This document shows positions 50,969 to 60,800 of a stretch of DNA of 64,000 nt, piece by piece. Every line of letters begins with the position of its first letter. The first letter of the stretch is position 1. Where the stretch lies: assembly GCA_963718565.1 (NCBI GenBank), contig OY970364.1, positions 448,001 through 512,000 on the forward strand, in the 5' to 3' direction. A program made the position numbers and the translations under genes. Below the pieces are notes generated by a model, which searched no databases, was not told the DNA's origin, and worked only from the letters and a program-made list of their open reading frames with translations. The stretch comes from an uncultured Verrucomicrobiae bacterium (GTDB lineage: Bacteria; Chlamydiota; Chlamydiia; Chlamydiales; Rhabdochlamydiaceae).

Positions 50969-51361
50969 TCATCCGCGGAAAGCGATGCACGCGATCTCGA
51001 TCCGTGCATCCATCGGGAGCTTGGCTGCTTGCACAGTGGCTCTGGCTGGTTTGACAGAGTATTTAAAACGCTCGGCATAAATCGCATTCATTACAGGAAA
51101 ATCCTGCATATCTTTTAGAAAAACATCTGTTTTAACCACATTCTCAAAAGTCAAATTCTCAACAGACAAAATGGCTTCGAGATTGTCTAGAATTTGCTTA
51201 ACTTGAGCTTCGATGGTATCCGCAGTAATTTTACCAACCTTCGGATCAATAGGAAGTTGCCCAGAAATGAAAAGAAAATCCCCTGCGACGACCGCTTGAG
51301 AATAGGGGCCAATGGCTTTAGGAGCATTTTCAGTTTCAATGGAACGGATCTCTTCTTTCAT
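50969..51361 (-). CDS. ridA: RidA-family enamine/imine deaminase
   Basis: APKAIGPYSQA, ISGQLP, KPARATV, IEI; native ATG at 51361. Confidence 0.93.
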   Translation of the reverse strand: MKEEIRSIETENAPKAIGPYSQAVVAGDFLFISGQLPIDPKVGKITADTIEAQVKQILDNLEAILSVENLTFENVVKTDVFLKDMQDFPVMNAIYAERFKYSVKPARATVQAAKLPMDARIEIACIAFRG

Positions 51362-51381
51362 AGAATTTCCTATAAGGGTTG

Positions 51382-51555
51382 TATACCCAAACAACTTGAA
51401 AAATTGGTTTTTGACTGCGTCGGCAGCCATTGCCTTTGAGCCCGCGTCCATCGCACAACTTATTCAAGTTGTGCTGCTTCCGCGCCGGCTTCGCCTGCCT
51501 CAAATGCAGGGCGCCTTCTTGCCAAATTCCCAGTTTTTCAAGTTGTTTGGGTATA
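51382..51555. mobile_element. Family C ERIC-like element, 174 bp
   Basis: TATACCCAAACAACTTGAAAAA...TTTTTCAAGTTGTTTGGGTATA; inverted near-copy of 15929-16102. Confidence 0.9.
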
Positions 51556-51668
51556 GTATACCGGAAGTGATTTGATTCAGCAATATTTGACCAATGTCTA
51601 AAAGTTCTTGAGAATTTTGCATGAGATAAGAATAATCTCAACAACAAACCATGATCTAACGATGAGGC

Positions 51669-52139
51669 ATGACAATGAATCAGATTACGATTGCAGGACA
51701 CTTAGGTGCAGACCCAGAAGTTCGTTTTACTTCATCTGGCCAAAAAGTCACAACACTTCGCGTAGCTGCACGGGCGCGTCGAAGTGGTAAAGATGAAACA
51801 ATCTGGTGGAAAGTGACGATCTGGGGGGAACAATTCGATAAGATCATCCCTTATTTTAAAAAGGGCAGTCCGATTATCGTCGTCGGTGAGTTAAACAAAC
51901 CGGAAATCTTCACCGATCGTGAAGGGCGCCCACAAGTTTCGATGAGCATTACGGCAAGCAACATCATGTTCAGTCCGTTTGGACGGCCTGATAGCCAAAA
52001 TACAGCGGAGAGTTCTGAGTCAGGTACGCATTCTCATGCTTCTCAAGGGTCCCCTGAAGTGGCTCATGCTGCTCATGAGGTGTCCCAGGGACAAGGGAAG
52101 GTCGATCCCGCATTTAGTGAAGATGAGATTCCTTTTTAG
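51669..52139 (+). CDS. ssb: Single-stranded DNA-binding protein
   Basis: GHLGADPEVRFT OB fold; EDEIPF tail. Confidence 0.97.
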   Translation: MTMNQITIAGHLGADPEVRFTSSGQKVTTLRVAARARRSGKDETIWWKVTIWGEQFDKIIPYFKKGSPIIVVGELNKPEIFTDREGRPQVSMSITASNIMFSPFGRPDSQNTAESSESGTHSHASQGSPEVAHAAHEVSQGQGKVDPAFSEDEIPF

Positions 52140-52191
52140 TGATCCAAGCGGTACGTTGGTGCCTGCGCATTTTTTATAAAAGGTTGCTCCC

Positions 52192-53682
52192 ATGCTAGTC
52201 TATTCAGTTGCAAATCAAAAAGAACGCAAGCCTGCCGACGTTGTGGTTGTCCCGGTCTGGCAGGACAAGAAAAAGCCGATGATTGCTTGTGCCATCAAGG
52301 AATTTGAATCTCTTGTAAAAACTCTTTTTGACTCAGGTGATTTTCAGGGAAAAGAAGGGGAGTGCCTTTTGTTGTATGGGACTCAAGGGAAGGAAAAAAG
52401 AATTTTATTGCTGGGCTTAGGAGCTCAGAAAAATTGCCTTCCTGACACTCTTCGTCGCGCTTACGCTTCTTCTGTCAAAGCCATACGCGCTAAAAAGATC
52501 AAGCATGCCAATGTTCTTTTTCCTGAGACTGGTCTGATCGGATCGGACATCTTACGCCAAGCCGTTATAGAAGGAGTGCTGCTATCGAGCTATTCCTTTG
52601 ATCAATGGAAAGGAGAATCGAGCAACGAGGAAAGTTCTTCTTTAGAGAAGGTCTGTTTTTGTGGTTTAAACAAGGCAGAGCAAGCCGTTTTAAAGAAGAC
52701 AGAAACCATTATCCATTCTGTGAATTTTGTGCGCGATCTTGTCAATGGCAATGCGGACGATGTCCATGTGGAGTATTTTAAGAAAATCGCTAAAGATTTT
52801 GAAAAAAAGTACAGTCAAGTAAAGACGACCATCCTCGACAAAAAAGCCTTGGAAAAAGAGAAAATGGGGTTGATATTGGCCGTCGGACGCGCTGCAACAC
52901 GCGAGCCTGCTTTAATTATTCTTGAATACAGAGGTAATCCTCATTCTAAAGAAAAGACAGCCATTATTGGCAAAGGGATCACCTTTGACACAGGGGGGTT
53001 GAATATCAAAGTTTCCGGAACAGGGTTGGAGACGATGAAGTGTGACATGGCTGGGGCTGCTGTTGCAATCGGGATCATCCAAGCAGCTGCAGAACTCAAA
53101 CTCAAAACCAATCTGATCAGCGTCCTTGCGGTTGCTGAAAATGCGATTGGGCCGGCGAGCTACAAGCCTGGAGATGTGTATCGCAGTTATTCGGGCAAGA
53201 CCGTTGAAATCACCAATACGGATGCGGAAGGTCGATTGGTCTTGGCGGATGCCATTTCTTATCTTCAGAAAAAATACGAACCGAATCAGATGATCGATTT
53301 TGCAACGTTGACCGGTGGAGTGATCATCGCACTTGGAGAAGAGGCAACAGGCTTATTCTCCAATAATGATGCCTTGGCTAAACGGCTGGAAAAAGCAGGG
53401 GAACGCACCCATGAGCGGCTATGGCGTCTGCCCCTCTATCCTGAATACAAGGATTATCTCAAGTCATCGATTGCTGATCTTAAAAATTCTGGACCGCGTA
53501 AAGCCAGTTCAGCTTCTGCGGCGATGTTCATTCAACAATTTGTCAAGAAAACCATCCCCTGGGCTCATTTAGATATCGCGGGGACTGCTTTCCTTTCGGA
53601 GCTTAAGCCTTATCATCCCACAGCAGCCACTGGCGTCGGTATCCGCTTGCTCGTCGATTTCCTAGAGCATCTGGATGCCTAA
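52192..53682 (+). CDS. pepA: Leucyl aminopeptidase (M17)
   Basis: GKGITFDTGG, MKCDMAG, NTDAEGRL. Confidence 0.97.
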   Translation: MLVYSVANQKERKPADVVVVPVWQDKKKPMIACAIKEFESLVKTLFDSGDFQGKEGECLLLYGTQGKEKRILLLGLGAQKNCLPDTLRRAYASSVKAIRAKKIKHANVLFPETGLIGSDILRQAVIEGVLLSSYSFDQWKGESSNEESSSLEKVCFCGLNKAEQAVLKKTETIIHSVNFVRDLVNGNADDVHVEYFKKIAKDFEKKYSQVKTTILDKKALEKEKMGLILAVGRAATREPALIILEYRGNPHSKEKTAIIGKGITFDTGGLNIKVSGTGLETMKCDMAGAAVAIGIIQAAAELKLKTNLISVLAVAENAIGPASYKPGDVYRSYSGKTVEITNTDAEGRLVLADAISYLQKKYEPNQMIDFATLTGGVIIALGEEATGLFSNNDALAKRLEKAGERTHERLWRLPLYPEYKDYLKSSIADLKNSGPRKASSASAAMFIQQFVKKTIPWAHLDIAGTAFLSELKPYHPTAATGVGIRLLVDFLEHLDA

Positions 53683-54607
53683 TAGATGCAAGATGTCTAA
53701 TAAGATCCTCCCATTCCAATGGCGGGTTTCGAGAAAGAAATCGGGGATGCGCTTGCTCCAGTTCTTAAGAGAGAAGTGCCCTGAAGCTCCTTCCGTCAAA
53801 ACAATTAAACGCGCGATCGATGGGAAGCTGTGCACAGTCAATCATCGCATCGAGACATTTTCTTCCTACGTCCTCGAAGAAAACGATATCGTCGTCTTAG
53901 ACAAGGGCGCCTTTGAGAAGAAAAAGGCTATTTTGGATAAGAGAATTCCCATTCTCTTCGAAGACAAAGATCTTTTAGTTATCAATAAACCTCCTGGACT
54001 TGTTTCTGAAAATCGCTCGATTAAAAGCTGCTTGCCTAATCCGATAGGGACTTTAGAACTTGTCCATCGGCTGGACAAAGAAACGTCTGGCGTGCTCATT
54101 TTAGCTAAAACTGAGCAGGCAAAAGAGAAAATGATTGCTCTGTTTAAAGCTCGAGGCATGCGTAAGCTCTACTTGGCAGTTGTCGATGGAGCCTTAGAGA
54201 AGAATGAAGGCAAAATCGATAATTTTCTCGGTAAAAAGCGCGAATTTCAAGGACAGACAGTATATGGATCTGTCGAGAAAAACAAAGGAATACGGGCCAT
54301 CACTTTTTGGAAGTGCTTAGGCCGAGGCAAAACGGCGTCTGTGATTTGCTGTGAGCCGCTTACGGGGCGCACGCATCAGTTGCGCGTGCATTTGAGTGAA
54401 ATGAGCCATCCTATTCTTGGAGACGTCCAGTACGGAAAAAAATTCATCTGCCCTTACAGACCCCGCCGCAATCTTTTGCATGCTTATAGTGTTGTCTTTG
54501 CCCATCCGACAACTGGAAAAGAGATCAAAGTCATTGCACCGATTCCTCGCGATTTCAAACAAGCCTTAGATAACCTTGTACCAGGGAAGATGAAAGGGAC
54601 TTTATGA
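53675..54607 (+). CDS. RluA/RluD-family pseudouridine synthase
   Basis: NKPPG, HRLDKETSG, TGRTHQLRVH. Confidence 0.93.
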   Translation: MPNRCKMSNKILPFQWRVSRKKSGMRLLQFLREKCPEAPSVKTIKRAIDGKLCTVNHRIETFSSYVLEENDIVVLDKGAFEKKKAILDKRIPILFEDKDLLVINKPPGLVSENRSIKSCLPNPIGTLELVHRLDKETSGVLILAKTEQAKEKMIALFKARGMRKLYLAVVDGALEKNEGKIDNFLGKKREFQGQTVYGSVEKNKGIRAITFWKCLGRGKTASVICCEPLTGRTHQLRVHLSEMSHPILGDVQYGKKFICPYRPRRNLLHAYSVVFAHPTTGKEIKVIAPIPRDFKQALDNLVPGKMKGTL

Positions 54608-54617
54608 ACTTATCTAC

Positions 54618-54685
54618 ACCACCCGCTTCGCAAGCTCGCTGGCTTCTTCCTCTGTGCTCTCGAGCGAGCTTGCGAAGCGGGTGGT
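54618..54685. repeat. Family E hairpin element between convergent genes
   Basis: Perfect 23-bp IR ACCACCCGCTTCGCAAGCTCGCT/AGCGAGCTTGCGAAGCGGGTGGT. Confidence 0.88.
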
Positions 54686-54697
54686 AAAATATCTTCT

Positions 54698-55993
54698 TCA
54701 AAGTGTTTCGAGATGGCGCATCTTGTTGAGCTTCTTGACAAGTAAAAAAAGCACGAATCCGAAGATCAATGAGATGATCACAAACATCCCAAAGAATATA
54801 TTCATATTCGTGAGCTTTGACATCAATGGAGCAAGTATACCCCCCAGATAGAATGCGATTCCAATGCACAAATACCAAACTCCAACAAGCATTGCCGTAA
54901 AGCGGCGCGGCGAAAGGTGTGTGAGAAGAGAAAGACCGATGGGGGCGATGAGCATTTCTCCTAAGGCCATGAAAGCATAAGCGACAAAGAGATAAGATGG
55001 GCTTATTGCTGCTTTATGAGCTCCTGAAGTAATCTGTGAAGCACCGATCGCCATGATCAAAAAGCAGATCCCCATTGCAAATAAGCTTAAGGAAGATTTC
55101 ATCGGAGGAGTGGGATCCAATTTCCGTTTGGCAAGAGATGTGTAGAGTTTGGCAAGTGGAAAAGCGAGAATGACCAAATAAAGGCTCTCTGAGGATAGCA
55201 GCCATGAGGGAGGCATTTCAAACCCCCCGATATGGCGGTCTGTATAATTAAGCGCAAACAGATTCATTGAAGATCCGCCTTGGTTGTAGGCCATCCAGAA
55301 TAGAATCGAGAAGAAAGAAAGAATTAAGATGACCCAAATCCGATCTTTTTCATGGGGGTGTAACTTTGCTTTTCTCCCTTCCTTTATCTTGAAGTGCATG
55401 GGAGCTATTTTACTGGCATCTACATTCCTGAGTGCTGAGCGGAATGGCCACAGGCCGATCAGTTGGACAATTCCCGCAATGGCGAACGCAACATTCCAGT
55501 TTTTGGTCCCAATCAATCCCAAAACAACCATGGAGATGAAAACACCGAGGTTGACAGAAGAATAATAAATGGTGAACCCGGAATCGCGCAAGCTGTGATT
55601 ATGATGGTATAAACTGCCGAGCAGTGCGTAAATACTAGGAGTAAAGATTGCTCCGCCCGCTGCGACAAAAATAAGCGCTATGTAGAGCGTGGTGACATGC
55701 CCAAACGCAATGAGAAAACAACCGATCGCTGTAAAAATCATTCCCCAAATAACAGGAAGCCGATAATTTAACCGATCGGCAATATAGCCTCCAAGCACAG
55801 GCAATATAAATGCGATTCCTGTAAAGATTCCGAAGAGATGGTCTGCGGCGCTATCAGTAAACTTATGGTATTGGACTAAATAGAGCACCAACAGACTACC
55901 GACCCCCCAAAAGGCGAACCGTTGGCACATTTCCGTTAGCGCCAAAAGGTACATCGCTTTTGGGTGACTTTGCGAAGCCGTTGACTTTGCCAT
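54698..55993 (-). CDS. POT/PTR-family peptide transporter
   Basis: EMCQRFAF (ExxER-like), GGYIADR, RDSGFTIYY, LGEMLIAPIGLS. Confidence 0.9.
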   Translation of the reverse strand: MAKSTASQSHPKAMYLLALTEMCQRFAFWGVGSLLVLYLVQYHKFTDSAADHLFGIFTGIAFILPVLGGYIADRLNYRLPVIWGMIFTAIGCFLIAFGHVTTLYIALIFVAAGGAIFTPSIYALLGSLYHHNHSLRDSGFTIYYSSVNLGVFISMVVLGLIGTKNWNVAFAIAGIVQLIGLWPFRSALRNVDASKIAPMHFKIKEGRKAKLHPHEKDRIWVILILSFFSILFWMAYNQGGSSMNLFALNYTDRHIGGFEMPPSWLLSSESLYLVILAFPLAKLYTSLAKRKLDPTPPMKSSLSLFAMGICFLIMAIGASQITSGAHKAAISPSYLFVAYAFMALGEMLIAPIGLSLLTHLSPRRFTAMLVGVWYLCIGIAFYLGGILAPLMSKLTNMNIFFGMFVIISLIFGFVLFLLVKKLNKMRHLETL

Positions 55994-56069
55994 AGAGGAA
56001 CTCTCCCTATTATCAAGTTTTAATTTGAAACTTAGCAGTTTTTAATAGTTTTGGCTATAGTTTTTTGTT

Positions 56070-57152
56070 ATGAATACTACTTTTCAACCTCACTCTGTTC
56101 TTATTATTAAAACTTCGGCAATTGGGGATGTGATTCAAACTTTTCCCGTTCTAGAATACCTGCGACGAAAATTTTCCAAAGCAAGCATCCATTGGGTTGT
56201 CGAACAAGGGATTGCGCCGTTATTAAAGGCTCATCCTTTGGTTGACAAGGTCCTCGAGGTTCAGACTAAATCGTGGCGCAAAGCCCCTTTTTCCAAAAAG
56301 ACCAGGACTGAATTGAGTAGTTTTGTGAAAAATTTACGGATGACAGAATATGACTTAGCCATCGATTTGCAGGGAAATGCTAAATCCGCTGTCATCACTG
56401 CAAGCGCACGAGCCAAAGTTAAATTGGGATTTGGTTGGAAGAGTGTCCGTGAAAAAACTAATCTGCTTGTGACCAATCGACGTATCAATGTTTCGCCACA
56501 TCTCAATGTGCGACTAAAGTATCTTCATCTTGTCTGCGCCTATTTTCAGGAGACTCATGAGTTTAAATCTGAAGGAGTCCGACTGCACATGACTCCAATG
56601 GAGCAAGAGCGATTGGAATCTCTTCACTCGAACGAGCCCCAGCTTATGGTCTGCTTTGGTTCAAAATGGGCCAACAAACGTCTCGATCCTGCCATTCTGA
56701 AGGATCTTCTACAAAGAATCTCTAAAGAGTACAGCTTTTCCTTTCTTTTTATTTTTGGAGACGAGGAGGAAAAAAAGATCGCCGAAGAACTTGCAAAGAT
56801 CTTTAGAGAGCGTGGAAGGGCCATTGGGAATTTAAGTTTGCCATTATGGCAAGCACTCATGTGGGAAGTTGATGGGGTCATTGCTGTGGATTCCGCCGCA
56901 CTTCATCTTTGCGGGACCACGCAGACGCCGTCGTTCAGTGTGTTTGGGCCTTCATTGGCATCTTCTTACAAGCCCATCGAAGAAAGACATAGGTGTGTTC
57001 AAGGCAGTTGCCCTTATGGAAGAACTTTTACTTCGCACTGTCCCATTTTGCGTACATGCGACACAGGCGCCTGTATCCGTCAACTAGAAGCTGAAGACCT
57101 TTTTCATGCCTTCAAGCAGTGGGCTGATGTATACATAGGATCTTCTGAATGA
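56070..57152 (+). CDS. Glycosyltransferase family 9 (heptosyltransferase I, WaaC-like)
   Basis: IIKTSAIGDV, IDLQGNAKS, VDSAALHL, FGPS. Confidence 0.85.
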   Translation: MNTTFQPHSVLIIKTSAIGDVIQTFPVLEYLRRKFSKASIHWVVEQGIAPLLKAHPLVDKVLEVQTKSWRKAPFSKKTRTELSSFVKNLRMTEYDLAIDLQGNAKSAVITASARAKVKLGFGWKSVREKTNLLVTNRRINVSPHLNVRLKYLHLVCAYFQETHEFKSEGVRLHMTPMEQERLESLHSNEPQLMVCFGSKWANKRLDPAILKDLLQRISKEYSFSFLFIFGDEEEKKIAEELAKIFRERGRAIGNLSLPLWQALMWEVDGVIAVDSAALHLCGTTQTPSFSVFGPSLASSYKPIEERHRCVQGSCPYGRTFTSHCPILRTCDTGACIRQLEAEDLFHAFKQWADVYIGSSE

Positions 57153-57603
57153 CCTCTTGGGTTTCGACGAATATCTCCTGATCAGGTTCAAGAGAAAGGA
57201 CTTCCTCAAGGGAAAGCCAGCGAATGGCGTTCTGTATTTGATGAGCTTCCGATGTATGGCCACCGACGGGTCGTCCCAGATAAATGAAATCGATGTGTTG
57301 ATGAGCGGGCTGCGGTCCATGCGGAGGAATGTTTTCAAGCAGGCAGAGCCAAGGGCGTTCAAAGCTGCTTGCACTCCATCGATCCACCCAGACGTGTTCA
57401 TCCTTGGTCAGCTCTATGATTAAACCCGTTTCTTCAAAAGCTTCTCGTTTGGCGCATTCAGAAGGAAGTTCATTGGATTCGAGATGCCCTCCAGGGGGAA
57501 GCCATTTTTTGAGTTTAGGGTGAAAGAGCAGCAAGACTTTGTTATTTTCAATCAGGTAGACTGTTGCTGTGAATTGCTTTTCCATCGGTATGTACCTGCT
57601 CAT
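57112..57603 (-). CDS. NUDIX hydrolase
   Basis: GGHLESNE...AKREAFEETGL Nudix box. Confidence 0.92.
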   Translation of the reverse strand: MSRYIPMEKQFTATVYLIENNKVLLLFHPKLKKWLPPGGHLESNELPSECAKREAFEETGLIIELTKDEHVWVDRWSASSFERPWLCLLENIPPHGPQPAHQHIDFIYLGRPVGGHTSEAHQIQNAIRWLSLEEVLSLEPDQEIFVETQEVIQKILCIHQPTA

Positions 57604-57774
57604 GTTAAAAATTCTGTTTTGAAAAATTCAAATTTTGAAGCATAAGTAATTGCACGATCCAACTTTTTAATTTGGGGACCTCGTGCGCAAATTTCACAAC
57701 CTCATTCACTCTTTGCTTCTTGTCACTTCATCTTTAATTACATACCAAGATACACGCTCTTGTCAGATAAAAGA

Positions 57775-57860
57775 TATGGGTAATAGCATGCTTGCCCGTG
57801 CCCGATTAATGGAAGGAAGCACTTTTTCGGGCACGCACACGGGCACGAAGAAGAGGTCTA
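57775..57860. repeat. Family B dispersed repeat
   Basis: Similar to 2370-2471; abuts the stop codon at 57861. Confidence 0.85.
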
Positions 57861-60800
57861 TTACAACTTCAAGTGATGTTTCCCGAACTTTTCCAAGAAG
57901 GGGAGAAAGGCGACTTGATTGACAAATCCTAAATAATTGTGCCGCTGATAAAGAGATTCAAAAAGTTGCTTAACTTTTGTTTGGGCGCGGTCAAAAGCCA
58001 GGTTTTTAACAGTTTCTGTCATCCATTGCATATCAAAGATAAAGAGATTCCATATGGGCAGGTCATGTTGAGCTTGCGCCCAGATGTTCAGCTCTCCTAT
58101 GCGATTTGTGACTTCCTGGAAATGATTGCGGATCGTGGATTTATCAGAGCTAATGCGATGCGAAAATTCTTCGGTAACGGTGTGAAGGCGGGTGTGTAGA
58201 CTTGTCTGGTTTTGACGCAGTGTCAACAACTCTGTATTTTCTTCGTTACAGCTTCTGACATTGCATTGAAAATGAAGAGTTAAAAATTGTGAGGCAGCTG
58301 TTTCGATCGCTTGCTCATTTTGAGCGAGCATCAATGTAAGAATTTGTTGATTTAATGAACTTCCCTGCTCTGGAAATGGAAGGGTATCTAAAAGGGTGCA
58401 CAATTGCCTTTCGAGCTGTCTCAAAGCAGTAGAAGGAGGCTGCCCGCCCACATTGAGCTTTTCTTGTTTGAGTTGCAAGAAAAGAGGTGAGACAGAGCGC
58501 AAAATGGCTTGAGATTTTTGAAGGTTTTCGATGTTTTGAAGTGAGGAAGCAAAATTCCGATAGGACTGCTCCATTTCATCGGTGAGGGGAAGAGGAGATT
58601 GATAACGCTGTAGAGTGGAAAGATGTTGCTGAAAGCAAGCAAGCTGAGTGTGGCAAAAAGCTAAATCTTGAGAAGATAAATTTTGATGTTGCAAAACTCC
58701 GGAAAGAGTTCGATTGATTTGGAAGCTGAGTAGGATCGGATGTAATAATCTATCGTAAAAAGCGATCTCATCAGCGCTGTTTTTTATAGTATTCAAATGA
58801 AGGGTAATAGGATTGCAATGAGACAAAAGCTGCCTTGAAAGCTGATTGAGATGGTGTTTGGTCTCCGTATGAAAATTTCGATTGCCATCCGCTTGACCTA
58901 AAGCATCGACTCTCTCTCGATGGTATCGACAGGAGTGTTCGATCATCGTTGAAATCTTAGAGACAAGAGGAGGAGAGCTGATCGCATGTAGAGGAATTTC
59001 CTGGATGTTCTGTTGGATTTGATTTGCAAATGTTTGACTTTGCTCTTTCATTGTGCGGATGAAACTGGTGATTCCACGTTTTTGTTTTTCATTTGTAAAA
59101 TCGAATTTTTCGTCGATGGTATAGAAAATCATCGCTTCCAGGATTTCATCGGTCAATCGTTGAATCGCTCTTTCGATGGTTGCAAAGTCGGCATCGGAGA
59201 CAGATTCTTTGTTATCGAAAAAATCATTAGCAATACATAAACCATCATAGAGCATTTGTTGCATTTCGCTTTCTTGTGTGACTGCTTCTAGCACGGTGGA
59301 AAAAGTCATGATGATCGTTTCCATGACCTCCGGGATAACCGCATCCTCCAGTTCTCTACCCACGCTGTCTCTTATAGGAGCGCGGTGCTGCAGGTAATTG
59401 TTCAAACGGTCTTGGGTGCGATATTGGCTTTTATTGAGGATTTCAGTGAGATATTCCACAAGGCCAGTGATTTCTACTCTCCTAATGTTAGTATCCCGGC
59501 TGCGCAAGCCTGTCATTCCATTCGTATCATCATTTAAACTTTGCTGAAGCAGCTGAAGGATTTTCTGCAGTTGCCGATAGAGTAAACATTGCGTCGCATA
59601 GGCTGTCGGGGTATTGCGGCGCAACAATTCGATGGTCTGCTCTGAGTAGTTTTGCAAAAAGGGAGTATGGCTGAGCGCAATTTTTGCCCCGCCTTGTAAA
59701 ATTTGATTCCCGATCCATTGAGGGACAAAGAGCATTGCTTTTAAAGCAAAGCTGCAAAAGTAATTGAGACCAGAGAGCAGGGGATTGAGAAAATGCACAG
59801 GAGAATGTGCAGGGATTTGTGTTTTGAAATAAAGATCAATGGTCTCATTCCATTTGATTTGCGGCCCAAAGCTGTCGATGACTGTTTTGGCAACGGCAGC
59901 AAAAAGTTCATTGGGTTGTAATCCTCCGTTGCGCTCGGGAGCTCTGATCGCCTCTTCCATCATGAGATTGAAATCTCTTGCTTGTGAATTTGGGGCAGAA
60001 GCCACTTGATTGTAAGCACCGCTGGTAACAGCCAGCCAATTGCGGGCAAGTTTGATAAAAGACTCTTCTTTGGATTCGTGGGAAGAAGGAGTATTTTTGG
60101 TCCAATTTTTGACTAGATTGAAGACGTTATCGAAAATAGCGTTTACGTAAAACGAAGACAGCGGCATAAGAAAGTCGTAAATGCGTTTTGCCGACCATTT
60201 GATCATTACCGAGAAAAATCCTAGATTAGCCCGATCGATCTTTTCAAATAAATGCTGGCGGAAAATTGAAGAGAGGTCTTTATCGGAATGGTCAGAGGCT
60301 TTATAAATTTCTGCATAGAATGCATCGTCAGTGCGAATTCTACAAACCTTTTCCAAGACAAATGTTGCTGGCCCAATAGAGGATGCCCTGCTTTTGAAAA
60401 GTTCGCTTTTTTGCTGGATGTCTCTGTCAGAGAGGGTCTGAGGGACTCGCTCTGAGGGCGGCTGCAGGAGGTTCTGGTGAGTGTTGATATTTTGAATAAA
60501 ATCGGGGATAGCAGACGCATTTGTCCTGACAGGGTTTAGTGGGAGGCGTATCCCTTGTAGATAGACCTGTTGCGCTTGCATAAATTGGAAGGCTTCTTGC
60601 AAAACAGCTGTCAATTCTCCCCAAGAACTGTGGTCAATAGCTCCTTGAAGCCGCCGGATCATTGGATCAATGGTTCCCAGCAAATGCTGCTGCTCGCTCG
60701 TCCTTTGGATGTGATCGCGGATTTTTTCAAAAGCGTAGCGGACAAGCGTCGCAAGAGAATGTGCGCCTTGCTGAGAAAAGGCTCCACCCGCAGAATTAAG

